Assembly: GCA_038087875.1 (NCBI GenBank)
Contig: CM075982.1
Span: 19,096,001-19,160,000, forward strand
From: Malacoraja senta
Lineage: Eukaryota
Length of the DNA stretch: 64,000 nt
Direction: 5' to 3'
A program made the position numbers and the translations under genes. This document shows, piece by piece, positions 25,798 to 38,584 of the stretch (the stretch's first letter is position 1; each line of letters begins with the position of its first letter). The notes beneath the pieces are model-generated. The model had not been told where the DNA came from. It did not search any database and saw only the letters and a program-made list of their open reading frames with translations.

Positions 25798-27330
25798 CTT
25801 TTATTCCAACCAGAAAAAAAAGTTTCCTTTTCTCATTCTAATCGTATTTATTTCCCTGCTTCATACCAGCTATAGGTCTCTGGGTCCTGAGTCAAGTTAG
25901 TTACCAATGGCTATCTTTCACTGCAAATCAGATTGCTACCACTTCTTTGTACTATCATTTGATATTTCTCAAAATCATCTTTGTCCTTCCTCAAAGGAAA
26001 TCTCCTCTTTCTCCTGGTTACTGCATTTTAAATCCCCAAAACAACAATGTTGCTGTAATTATGAATATGTTCATAGTTCAGAGATTCCTGTATTTGTCCA
26101 TGATTAGCATTGTGATGTTAATTTCACCCACCACTCTCCCTTCCTCCCCACCGGTTCTGCCTCTTACTTCTGATTCTTTTACCAGAATTGACCGGGTTAT
26201 GGCGAAACTATAATGAAGCAAATTCAAATCTCCTGTTCATTCTCAATTGTTTTGAATATGTTGTGTGAGTTTCAGACCAGATTGTGCACTCGATTTAATG
26301 TAATCTGTATGTGAATTAGTACATAAATTCAAATCTGCGTAATTGGCTGGGTACTCTGTGCATATTTTCCCCAATAGAAAATCCAGGCCAAAAGTTTAAA
26401 GCATCTAAACACTGAAGGAAAGAACAGCTGACGAATGATTTAATCATCATCATATAAATCGATAAGCTCATAATTTAGATATTTAACAAACATGCAAAAG
26501 AAATGTTATTGTGTTGCAGAAATATTAGTCCAATTGTGCTAGTAAATGCAACAGCTCCGCCTTACCTGATCAATGCCTGCTTTAGCTTGTAGGCTGAGCT
26601 CTGCCAGTGATTTCCTCACTATATCCCACCCCTGGTCTCCACATGGAATCCAATTATGCTGAGATTCTTGACATTTATACAAGGAAATCTGTTCTCAGAC
26701 CCTATGCCAGAATAAATATGGGGCTGCAAAGGGGAAAACTAAGAATTGATTGGCTTTGAAATTATCTCTGCTTATTCTCATGTTTTTTAAAATTATTTAA
26801 AACAATGTACGAAACAACTTAATTTATCTTGTTCGTAAAAATCTTTGGATTGTTTCATTATTGAAAAGATTTGAATGGCCATAAAGCAGGGAAAGGGACT
26901 ATGCTCCCTGCAAGGAGCCTTGTGAGAGGTTTATTCTGTCCATTGTGAGAGGCCTCACAACTCAGCCCTGGGATCATCTCAGCCTGTAGGTCCAGGGCAA
27001 GTCAAGTTCAAGTAATGGAGAATGGTAATTGTAGGCAGCAGGCCCCAATCAAGTAAATTTGAGCGGTTAAGAGTTACTACAATAAAGAAAAACACTCATA
27101 AACCTAAACCTAACCAGATTGCACTTTAATGGAACTTCCTTGTCATTCTAGGAGCCAATACTAAGCTCTAATTATATTTTTAAAGTCTGGTCCTTTTTAT
27201 CAATTTAAATTATATCTACTGCATAGACATTATGCAGTGTAGTGATTATAAAATATAGTTACAAGAAAAATAATTGCAATAGTATTTTTTATTGGACATC
27301 CAAATGACGAAACATAAAATAGTTACTCAC

Positions 27331-27395
27331 AGCACCGTCATACGTCAAGGCTTCTTTAAGAGATTCCAGATCGTGAAATTCTACATAGCAGAAGC
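27331..27395 (-). CDS. EIF4H: EIF4H coding exon 3 (GFCYVEFHDLESLKEALTYDGA)
   Basis: RNP1 KGFCYVEF is completed across the junction; tttag acceptor, GTGAGT donor; 65 nt. Confidence 0.97.
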
Positions 27396-30190
27396 CTAAA
27401 AAATATTTGAATTCCATTTTACACATTTAACTGATCACTAAACCTAGCATGTGCTTGTAAACACATCAAATTAACAGGTTTTAATTCAAATGCAATGGAA
27501 CCACTGGAAAAAGTCATTAAAAATTATTTTTTAAATTACTGTTTGGCTGAGTCAATACAGTTTTCAACCACCGGAGGCTTAGTGGCCATTGTTTACAGGT
27601 GCACTTCCCAGACAAGGTCATGTAATAACAACTGGGAATTGTTAGAGCAGGCCAATCCAATCTACTTTTCCTGTTCTTTCCCTGTGTCCCTGCTTATATC
27701 CAAGCTGGATTCCCAGAGACAATCAGATATCACCCTCCACGCTACCTCCAAGAAGACTAACATGTTGTTAACATTTAAAAGCCATTTGGGCATGTAGTTA
27801 GATGGGAAAGGTTTAGAGGGATATGGGCCAAACATGGGCAGGTGGGACTAGCGTAGATGGGGCATCATGGTCAGCATGGGTAAGTTGGACCGAACGGCCT
27901 GTTTCCGTGCTTTATGACTCTATGACTCTACGATTGACCACATTTTCTTCAAGATGAATATGCTGGAGGATATTCACTTCCAAAGGAGCCAATTTCCTGC
28001 TTATTAGGGTACAGCAGCCTTCCTGGGTTCATTTCAGCTCTTCTGGTAATTTTCCTGCCACCAGAGTATCTGCATTTACCAATTCCCCTGCCAGATGACA
28101 TTGTAGAGGTTTGTTTACTCTTCAAATATTCACACCAGCCATGACTAGTTTTGAACATATTGGCACTTACAGAGGGTCCATTACCCCTCTCACTTTTACT
28201 TAAGCCTTGCCATAAAGAACTAGATTGCTCCTGGAACTCAGAAGCACATGCCATTGATTCTGATCCTCCAACATGCTTTTCCTTTTTTCCATTCCTTTCA
28301 TTATAAAATCTCTGCCATCCTTAAATTCAATGCACTGCCACAATCATTACAAATTTATTTCAAATAGCCTATAATGTTAATGGACTGCGTAAGCAACTGC
28401 CTATTTTAGCATAGTTCTCAATCCAATAATAGTGACTTTTATTAACACAACTGTTCTTAAGTTTTAAACTGACATTACTTTAAAATTGCCATAATCTTTC
28501 CTTCTGCCCTTTAACATTAAGGAGTGTTAGTTATAATGATAAACAAAAAGCTTTGTAAATCCAGGTCATAGAGATAATTATATTAAAGTGAAATCATTTG
28601 TAAACTGAGGGACTTTAATCTCAAAATGTTGTTTTCTACCTCTCAAGTGCCTCTTTACCTTTTTAATACAATATGATGATCAGAACTGCATGTAGTACAC
28701 CAAATGTTGTCTAACCAAAGTTTCTTACAAATCACCACAGCTCCATTGACCTGGATTTCATCTTCACTTCACTTTGTGTCTTCATGGAGTTTGCAGGTTC
28801 TTCCCATGCTGTGTGATTTTCCTCCAGGTGCTGTTTCCTCCAACATCCAAAAGATGTGCTACTGGATTAACTGCCAACTATAAACTACCTTTAGTGCAGG
28901 AGGGTGGCAAGAGAATTGGGGTAAGTTGACAATAAGGTATGGGACTGATGGGATTTCTCTGAGAGCTGGCATAAAATTGGTTCCTTCTATTTTATAACTA
29001 TGAGAAATATGATATGTTTAGTAAAACCATTTTAAAATTCTGTGCTCTGGAAATAAATTCTAGTACTAATTTTGCTTTTGGTTTTACATGGCCATAAGGG
29101 CCTACATCATTATGTTTGAAGTTTTAAGAGTTGTACAGCACAGAAATGGACCCTTCAGACCTCATCTAATCTGATTTGCCCATTTACACTCACTGGATTT
29201 GCCCACATTAGGACTGTAAACTTTTGGCAAAACCTGGACTTATAGGGGCAGTTAGCATGACTATGTGCAGGGAGGGTCCAGTCTCACAAACTTGATTAAG
29301 TTTGTTGAAGAGGTGACAAGACGATCGATGAAGTTAGGGCAGTGGAATTTGACTCTTTACCCCTCTCCCTTGCTCTACATTTTATATGTACATGCTTTCT
29401 TAACCCCAAGAATGTTTTAATGTCCTAATTGGGACAGGCCCACCATCTGGAATCACAGCCATATACACAAACTTATGTGGTCCTGATGCAGAGAGCCTTA
29501 TACCTGACAAAACGCATTGAGGTCAATGTTGGGGAGCCCTAGCATTAACGTACACAGGATCCTGGACCCTAATGCCTCAGCAAGATTGAGCTCCACTTCT
29601 GAATTCATTGGCAGTTCAGCAGTGTACACCAATGACAGATTGTTATCCGAACTTGGGCAATGACCCAGGTCTTGATATTTTGAATAGGTTATTGTCACTG
29701 ATCAATTTGGCATTCACCAGCAAAATCCAGGCTGTTATGATCTCTTTTAGTGTTGTACCATTTTTTTCCTGCACCCTGTTCCACTTTTCAAATATTTGCA
29801 TGATGGTTCTCCATTAATACTTGCTAATATTGCCATACATTTTATCTTTCCAGGTACTATTGTCAATTCTTCAAATTTGGCTTCTTCCTAACTGATTACA
29901 ATAGTTATATATTCTACAACCTTGACAAAAACTATTTTGACGTTCAATTAAAATAATCTGAAATGAAGGTTTAAAAAGTTAATGTGAAAACTTAAAAATT
30001 ATTGTTATATTCACAGGGATCTATTAGAAATCACTTGGATACTTTAAGAGATAGGAAGCAAGTGTAAGCATTGAAAATTGTGACAATTCTGAAGTTCTGA
30101 ATTTGGATTAAAAGAGGGGGCAGCTAAATCACATATTTAAAACTTACAATGTTTCATTTAAAATTAAAACCAAAGTTTTTTGTACTATAC

Positions 30191-30369
30191 CTTTAAATTT
30201 GTCTGTCTCTTTGTCTCTGACTAGTCGAACACTCATCACATTCAATTCTTTAAAAATGGCATCAATATCTCCTTGCACAGTATTGAAAGGTAGATTTCCT
30301 ATATAAGCTGTATATGGGGGTTCTGTTGGTAAATCCTTCTGTTTTCTGGGAGCACTAACTCGAGATCTT
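30191..30369 (-). CDS. EIF4H: EIF4H coding exon 2 (RRM N-half: [49 protein letters not shown])
   Basis: Near-identical to the eIF4H RRM including RNP2; acceptor tttttatttcag, donor G|GTATAG; 179 nt. Confidence 0.97.
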
Positions 30370-31145
30370 CTGAAATAAAAAATCAGATCAAGCTTCAGTC
30401 TGGCCAGGTGATATTTATTCTGTACTCAAGTTGATCTTTCTATTTAATAAGCAATTTTTAAAATGTGGAAAAGCCATCTTCAGTTTTACCAGAATCTTGC
30501 AAATCAACTTACTTCTAATCACTCACATTTAGTCGACTCTCTGCCCAAAATTACACTCCATTATTTAAATTTTATTTCAAGTCAACTTTGAAATGTCTCT
30601 TATAGATATCTAAATATATATTAAAGCAAAGAATTTGTTGGAAATCTAATTGTGGTCTTTGCTTCTTAGGGCATTTATGCAGTGTCAGTGCTAAACCCTG
30701 TGGGTTGCTTTGGGCAACAATGAGAATTTAAAGGTCTCACCAGTTGGTACTACATTGCCAAGCTATAAATACTTAACACAAATCTCTAGTTTACAATTTG
30801 CACTAACTTGAATTCAAAAGGAGGGTGCAGTTCCAATATAAAGAAGGCAAAGCGAAGAGTGTTGTAGTAATTTTGGCTATTGTATTTATTTTAGTGGAAG
30901 CAAAGTATCATGGGGAGGTTTTCACCTTTTCATCATGATTATTTATGGAATATGGGCACAGTTGGCAAGTACAGCAATTATTACTCATCCCAAATGAAAC
31001 AGGTGCTGCAGCCCACTGACAGTAGGTATTTGATGGTTCACGTCGACTTCCAAGTACCCAACTATACTAAACCATTTATCAGTATTTATTTTGTTGCCTT
31101 CTGTGTTTTGGATACAAGAGCTTGCCCAGATGTAGTGAGAGTCAT

Positions 31146-31452
31146 TTAGTTTTGTTTTGAGATATAACATGGAAACAGGCCCTTCAGCACGAAGTCCATG
31201 CCGACCGATCTCCTGATCATGCTAGTTCTGTTATCCCACTTTTGCATCAACTCCTTACAAACTGGGGGCAATTTACAGGAGGTCAATTAACCTACAAACC
31301 CACAATGTGGGAAGAAACCGAGCACCAGGTGGAAACTCATACGGTCACAAGGAGAATGTGCAAACTACACGCAGACAGCACCCAAGGTCAGGATTGCACC
31401 TGGATTTCTGGCGCTGTGAAGCAGCAGCAGTACCAGCACATCACTGTGCCGC
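31146..31452 (-). mobile_element. tRNA-derived SINE (HE1/V-SINE type)
   Basis: ggcacagtgatgtgctggtactgctgctgcttcacagcgccag head; tail tatctcaaaacaaaactaaa. Confidence 0.85.
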
Positions 31453-31544
31453 TCTAGTATGGCGCCATCACCTACTCAGGCTGTGCTTTCAGGATTCCAA
31501 CCATCCTCTCTGGTGAAAAAAATGCTTCCATAGAATTTATTATG

Positions 31545-31824
31545 CTACTACCATCAGCAGTTGTATCATCAATGAAGATAAGTGAGCCAGTACCTTCAGC
31601 AGCCATACATGCCCAGGCCATAACACCCCCACCACTGTGTTTCACAGATGAGGTGATATGCTTTGGATCTTGGGCAGGTCCTTCTCTCCTCCATACTTTG
31701 CTCTTGCCATCACTCTGATATACAGTAAGTTAATCTTCGTCTCATCTGTCCACAAGACCTTTTTCCAGAACCGTGGTTGCTCTTTTAAGGACTTCTTGAC
31801 AAACTATAACCTGGCCATCTATTT
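31545..31824 (-). mobile_element. Internal fragment of the same Tc1 family
   Basis: Reverse complement closely matches ~3095-3372 (gatgagacgaagattaactta…gatgatacaactgctgatggtagtagca). Confidence 0.9.
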
Positions 31825-32976
31825 CCTCCAATTTGCTGTGGCCTCACTCTGGCAATGGAGGAGGCCCAGGACAGAAATGTCAGTATGGGAAGGGGGGTTG
31901 AAATGATTGTCTACTATGCAAAGTAATTATGTGAAACACTTCAAAGTCCATATGGTATTCATATTAATTCTGTTCTGTACTGGTGTTTATAGTTGCAACA
32001 TCCAATGTGTAGATGATAATGATAATTTCCTGACTTTTTATGAGCACCAACTTCCTGATGATGTGAAGTTCCAAATAGCAGTACACCACAGAATAGATGA
32101 AACAATAAATATCATTATATGGATTGAGTGAAGAATTTATTTTTTAAAGATCTCCATTTGGAGACTAATTTCTTGAATTTGTTGTTGGTAGAAGCTCGGT
32201 CAGTAGTAAATCAGGTACTGAAAAGCCAAATGGAAAACATGTTCCTTTGGCGTTATAATGAGTCCTTCTTGGCATTTTGCGGACTGCTGTGGGAGTAGTC
32301 TGGATGATAAATTGCCATGTGTTTTGTAGATGGCACACCCTATTATACCTTACTGGGCTGGTGCAAAGGAGGGTTCAGAGTGGCAAATGTGATGCCATTC
32401 AAGTAAGCTGCTATTTCCTTAGACAATGAGTTTCTTGAACAGGATACCCAAACCTACTCTCATAACAGCCATATATATTTTGGTTGTCCAGTTAATTGAT
32501 AATGAATGGTGGTTTCTAAAATGTTGACAGTGGTTAATGATAATGCCATTGAATGTCAAGAGTAAATGCTTAGGTTTTCTCTTCTTGGAGATCCGGCGAT
32601 TTTTGGCATGAATGCAACTGTCATTTATCAGTGTGTAATGCATGATGCCTTGGTCTTGCTTACTGGCACAGACAGCTTCATTTGTTGAGGTGATTTGAAT
32701 GGAATTAAACATTTTGCAATCATTATGCAGAAACAAGAAACTGCAGATGCTGCTTTACTAAAAAGGACACAAAGTGCAAGAGTAACTTAGTGAGCCAGGA
32801 AGCATTGGTACCCTTAGGTGGGGGGAAGAAAGCTGGAAATGAGGAGATGCAGGACAAAGCATGACACGGGCAAGGGGAGGGTCTGAGAGGCAGATGGTTG
32901 GAACAAAGGCCAGAGATCAAAGCAGAAGATGTGAGACAGGTTTGAAGAGTTGTGAATTGTGAAGCCAGAGGGGGGA

Positions 32977-33188
32977 ATAGACAATAGGTGCAGGAGTAGG
33001 CCATTCAGCCCTTCGAGCCAGCACCGCCATTCAATGTGATCATGGCTGATCATCCACAATCAGTACCCCGTTCCTGCCTTCACCCCATATCCCATGACTC
33101 CACTATCTTTAAGAGCCCTATCTAGCTCTCTCTTGAAAGTATCCAGAGAACCGGCCTCCAACGCCCTCTGAGGCAGAGAATTCCACAG
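32977..33188 (-). mobile_element. Short CR1 3' end inserted into a G-tract of a Penelope-derived element
   Basis: Near-identical to the CR1 3' end at ~13255-13465; flanked by G runs. Confidence 0.88.
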
Positions 33189-34920
33189 GGGGGGGGGGGG
33201 TTTGCAAGCTGCCCAAGCAAACTATTTCCTCCAATTTGCTGTGGCCTCACTCTGGCAATGGAGGAGGCCCAGGACAGAAATGTCAGTATGGGAATGGAAG
33301 GGGAGTTAAAATGATTAGCTACTGGGAGATCCAGTAGGCCTTGGTGGTTATTAACATTCCAACTTCTGACCCAATGATTGAAGGTCATTGAAGTGGCTGA
33401 AATGGTTGGGCCTGAGATTTGCCATGAGGAAATCTTACTGTGGTGTCCTAAAATGGAATAATTAATTTCCAACAACCACAATCATCTTCTTTCTGCATAC
33501 CATAGGAGTGCTTTCCCCTTAATGCTCAATGACTTTAGTTTTACTAGAGGTCCTTGATAACACATTCAATCAAATGCGCTTTGATGCAGTCGCTTTTAAC
33601 TCACCTGCAGAATAAAACTTCTATTTCCATGTTTGGCCCAAAGTTGTCACAAGATCCGAAGCCAAGTTGTTTCAGTCAAACGTCTACTAGGTATTGATAA
33701 GCAGGTTTTATTGATTAAATACTGTTGGATGGAACTATTGATGATGCCTTCCATTATTTTGCCGATTATTGAGAGTAGATTGCAGGGGAGAGGACAAACT
33801 ACCAACGGAGAATAGTATAAAGTCTGAGGTGCAACCCCACCAGGTTCAGGAACAGCAACATTCCTACAATCACCAGGTTCTTGAATTGACCTACACAATC
33901 CGTTGTTTCGAATTGTGTTTTTTCCGCCATTTCCTATTTTGCAGTCTCGTAGAATTTATGTTTTTGTGTGATGCTTGAGTCGACAGGCTCATAAGGCTGC
34001 TGCAAGTTTTTAATTGTACCTGTGCCTCACAGTACATGTGCATGTGAAAATAAACTCAATTTGTAAAGCTTGGAGCAGTACAATGACTGGTATAATTCAT
34101 ATTGTGTAATTATCAGTCACAAAGCAATCACAACACAGAGTGCAGTATATATCTTTATTTTCTAACCATTATAGAAGACACCATCCTTAGATTATATTCT
34201 ATGATCTCATTGACTGTAAGTTCATTAGTTAAATATGTAAATTGAGACATTTTAACAAAGCAAACTAAAGTAAAAAAATATTTAGCAGATTAACTTATTG
34301 TCAGTAATAGATTGCTTATTGAAATAAACAGGATAAATGATTTTCCAAGATATACATAATTATTGCTGTACAAGGGCCACCACAGTTTCACAATAATGAA
34401 CTTGGAAGAGTGTAACTTGTTATTTTACAATATTTGTGAACTATATTTCTTAGATTCATATGTTTATACCACCTGAATGCCCCCCCCCCCCAAAAAAGAT
34501 TCAATAATAACTAACCATGAGTTGATATAGAAAGTCAACACCAAGCAAATTTTATGTGGAAAAAATTAATTAAAAATGCAATGTAGTTGAATCTGCATTT
34601 TAAAAAAAATCTCCATGGATGGATAAATAAAATTTTTAAGGTATTTAATTACTAATTAATATTTACAGTGCAAGGTAATATTAAAAATCTAATCAACTTT
34701 GATTTAATAGTAAATCTCAGATTAATTTAGGTTAAAAGATATTCAAATCAACAATTTCACAAACGTGGGAGAATTACTTTAAACGTTTTATTAGTATAAA
34801 TTTGAAGAAATGTACTTTCAAAATTAGTTCAGCATATTTCATGAGGTGCTTTCTTATATAGTATTTTTTTCTAGAGCACCGAAGCAAAAATAAATAACAA
34901 CTTGTAATGTTTAGAAAGTA

Positions 34921-35337
34921 CAGTGAAACTCTGATAATCCTGCATTTTATTGTTAAGATATCCTGATGGTCTAGTGTCTGGCTCACTCCTGAGTTCAGAT
35001 TATGAATAGGATACCAGATAGCAAGGCCAGAGCTGGGCATCTAGTGGGTGGCCCCAGCGGGAGCTGGACTGTATGCCGAGTCATATGGGGGTCCACAGCA
35101 CCAGGGGACAGCACCGTGGGTAGGTTTGCAGTTGGGGTCAAGAGTGCTTGTACATTCCCTGCTCCCTTTATATATTGCTCCCAAAAATGTATTACATTAC
35201 CATGTAAAATGTTTACCAAATAAAAAGGAAGTATGTTTGGATATTATTTGGAATTAATTGGAATAATATCCAATAATGTGACACTCTGCTGGTCCGGGAC
35301 CAAAGTCAAACGATGCCAGATTGTCAGAGTTTTACTG
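34921..35337. mobile_element. pogo/Tigger-like (Tc1-mariner superfamily) MITE
   Basis: TIRs CAGT(G/A)AAACTCTGA(T/C)AATC with TA TSD on both sides. Confidence 0.8.
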
Positions 35338-38179
35338 TACTTGCATGTACACTATAATCATACACAGGTGAATAAAATCTTAAGGATCACGACATTAGTA
35401 ACCATTAATGTTTATTATAACAATTGTCCATATCTTTAAACACAAAATACTCTAAGAAATATTGGTAGAATACCTTACTTGTCCCATGTTTCTATCCAAA
35501 TTTGCTCTGCGTTGCTAGTTTATTTATTGGCTGCCTGCACAAACACTGTAAATGTCAATAATTTGTGTCACAGTATAACACTTAGTTTTTGCACCATGTT
35601 CATCAAGGTTAATAATTTTGATTTAATTCACATGTGGTCGTTGAATCAAATTTTTTATTGCAGATGAGTAGTCCTTCAGTTTTCTCCAATGGAGTTCCCC
35701 ACCTTAAGGTGTGCCAACTGAATTCAAATGCTGCAGGAATTCAAAATCCTGATTATAGGCAATATGGTTCAAACATGAAATTGGATTTTGCAGGTAAATA
35801 ATTTAACTAACAATATGCAGAGGAGAATGAAAATCAATTGGTTTAAGATCCACCTGCAATTTAAAAAAGACCAAGTCCCCTCAACAAATGTGTTTATTGT
35901 TTAACTATTTACAATTATTGCAATTTTTTTCTACATTAGAATAGCTCCTCACTTGTTTCCAACAAATATTGAAAATGTGCCCATGTCATGCAACTGCTAA
36001 ATAATTTCTTTCCAAATGATTTTCCTCTGATTTTTTTTAATTCACGATATAAAGTTATAATTGGAATGTATTAGTGAAATATACTAATCAGATTCAGGGC
36101 TTAAAACTACATCATGTTAGTGTAAAGTAAAATAAATAATTTGATCTTTTAAACACTCAGCAGGTTTTGGTATTTCTTTGGATTCGAGAACATGGTTTTG
36201 CAGAAAGATTTGTTTTTCAATTATCTGCTAGACAATCTCTTCTTCTCACCACTGTCCACTCCAAAAAAACATTGATCAAGTCCAGATGACTCATGATAAA
36301 AAAAAAGGGGATAAGAAAATGCATCTCACTGCTCATAATGAGATAAAATCCTTTTGATGTAATAATGCTGGCAATTCTGCAGAAAATGACATGAGAAAGC
36401 AGTCTCTTCCGAGAAGATAATATATCCCAGCTGGTCCTGAGGGAACTAATATGTCAGCAGATGCACACTGAAGCATTTAATCCTGCATCGTAATCTATTT
36501 AATTTAATTCTGTCCTTTACTAATTTGCAAAATGTTTAATTTATAACTAATTAATAAAGAACAGACTTTGGTCTTAAAATCTCAATTCCAATCTATCACT
36601 GCGGATTCTCATTCACATTTAGTAATATATGTTGGTCACTCAAGACTTCTTGAACAATTTATATGAACAAAGATCATGCAATAGGCATAGTCCAGACAGC
36701 AACTAAAGCTTTTCCAAAAAAGTAAACCATCAATACACTTAAATATCTGTTTCTAGTCCTTACATTTGAACAGGTAGTGGTGTGAGAAAAGCAAGAGAGA
36801 GTTGTTAGAATATCGCCAAAAGCTGAAACAATAATATCCTCCAGAAACAATGAGCGCACACAGGAACCGTAAAATAATGATGCTTATTTATATATCTAGT
36901 CTCAATCATTTTTACAATAAAGATTCAAAGAAACAGAATATGCCAAAACAAAATAGGGAAGGAAGAAGAAAATCTGGATTAGATTCTGCTTCTGAAACAT
37001 TCTGTTGTCCATGCATTTATTTTCATGTCTATTTCATGTGATGAGTATCGTGGCTCAAAAATACTTCCCCTATTCAATGTTTACCAAAAGCATTTGTGAG
37101 CAGAATCCTACTGGTACTAATACACTCACAATGGCAGATTTGACTAAAATTAACAAAAAGAAAAATACTCCATGCACGATTCCCTTTAGAAGTGAGAAAA
37201 AAAACTGTCAGCAAGCTCATTTTCAGTTGTTGTAAATACTTGTTAGAAATGGTGCCAATTAATGTGCTTACTAAAATAAGGTGTTCTAGGACAAAATTGA
37301 TAAACTTTCAAGTGCTTCGTGTTTGAATCAGATCCACAAAAATAATTTCTGGCAAAAATATGAGACATTGCTGAGATTAAAGCATATTTTGGAAGAAACA
37401 TGGCAGCCCAATTTATCAAGCCTAACCTTTTAAAATTTGACCATTTTAGTATAATGGGACGTTTCAATAATTAATAAATAACATCCATTTTTATCTTAAA
37501 TTTCAACACCATTTTAAAACTGCTGTATAAAAACAGCAGCACCTGTACTATGAATAACTCCCAATGCTATCTATAATTCACTGTATCTATTCAAAGTAAT
37601 CCTCTCAATATAATAAACATTATTCATCTGTTGACCAGCAAAGAATAGTAACTGGAGATTTAAAAGATGTCATCATTTAGTGCCTCTATACACACCAAAC
37701 ACCAACACCCTAAATCCATACCCAATTACTCTTTATAGCAGCATTCTCAGTAATTCGCTCTGAAGGATAGTGAAGTACGGGTAAATGGGTAAGTGAGAAA
37801 TGTGATGTGCTTTAATAACCTTTAAATCAGCAACCACATAAACATTGTAGAACTTGCAAAAGTTAACTCTTTTAGGTCAGGTTGATACTGCAATAGAGAA
37901 AATAAGCGTGCTCCACTGAGTGTAAAGCACAATTTTATTCAGAAATAAATATTTCCCTCACTTAAGGAGGGATGTATATTACAATCTGAGGAATACTCAG
38001 CTTGAAATTGTAGATTTCCTTAAAGTTAAAATTGTAATCCTTAAAGTTTCAACTTGCAAAATGAACTCTCAAATTAACGTCATTAAACTGGGCTTCGGCA
38101 AGAACAGAAGTGAAAATCGGCATCAGTTTACAGAGCCATGTATTCCAGTAGTTTGGGGAGGCAAGGAACGTTACAGAGA

Positions 38180-38400
38180 TTGACAAAGTGACAGAAAGTG
38201 CTGGAGTAGCTCAGCAGGTCAGGCAGCATCTCTGGAGAACATGGATAAGTGGCGTTTCGGGTCGACTCCATTCTGAAGCCGTGTCCTGATCCGAAACGTT
38301 TTTGCTTATCCATGTTCTCGATGCTGCCTGTCCTGCTGAGTTACTCCAGCACTTTATGTCCTTTCATGTATTAACCATCATCTGCAGCTCTTTATTCTAC
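38180..38400. mobile_element. Palindromic Penelope-derived short element (inverted pLTR tails)
   Basis: aaagtgctggagtagctcagcaggtcaggcagcatc…cgtttcgg / ccgaaacg…gatgctgcctgtcctgctgagttactccagcacttt inverted arms of ~80 bp. Confidence 0.8.
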
Positions 38401-38584
38401 ATTACAGAGCCGAGAGTCAAACCTACATTAATGCACACAAGAGCAAACAAAGTCTAATCCTGTGATGGACACAAAATGCTGGAGTAATTCCGCGGGACAG
38501 GCAGCATCTCTGGAGAAAAGGAATGGGGAACATTTTGGGTCGAGACCCTTCCTCAGATATGGGGAGGGGGGGGGGGCGATGAAG

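Noticed and set aside
35479-35750. Two small minus-strand cryptic exon candidates in EIF4H intron 1
   Set aside because: One lacks a polypyrimidine tract and the other has a weak donor (GTGGGG); not supportable
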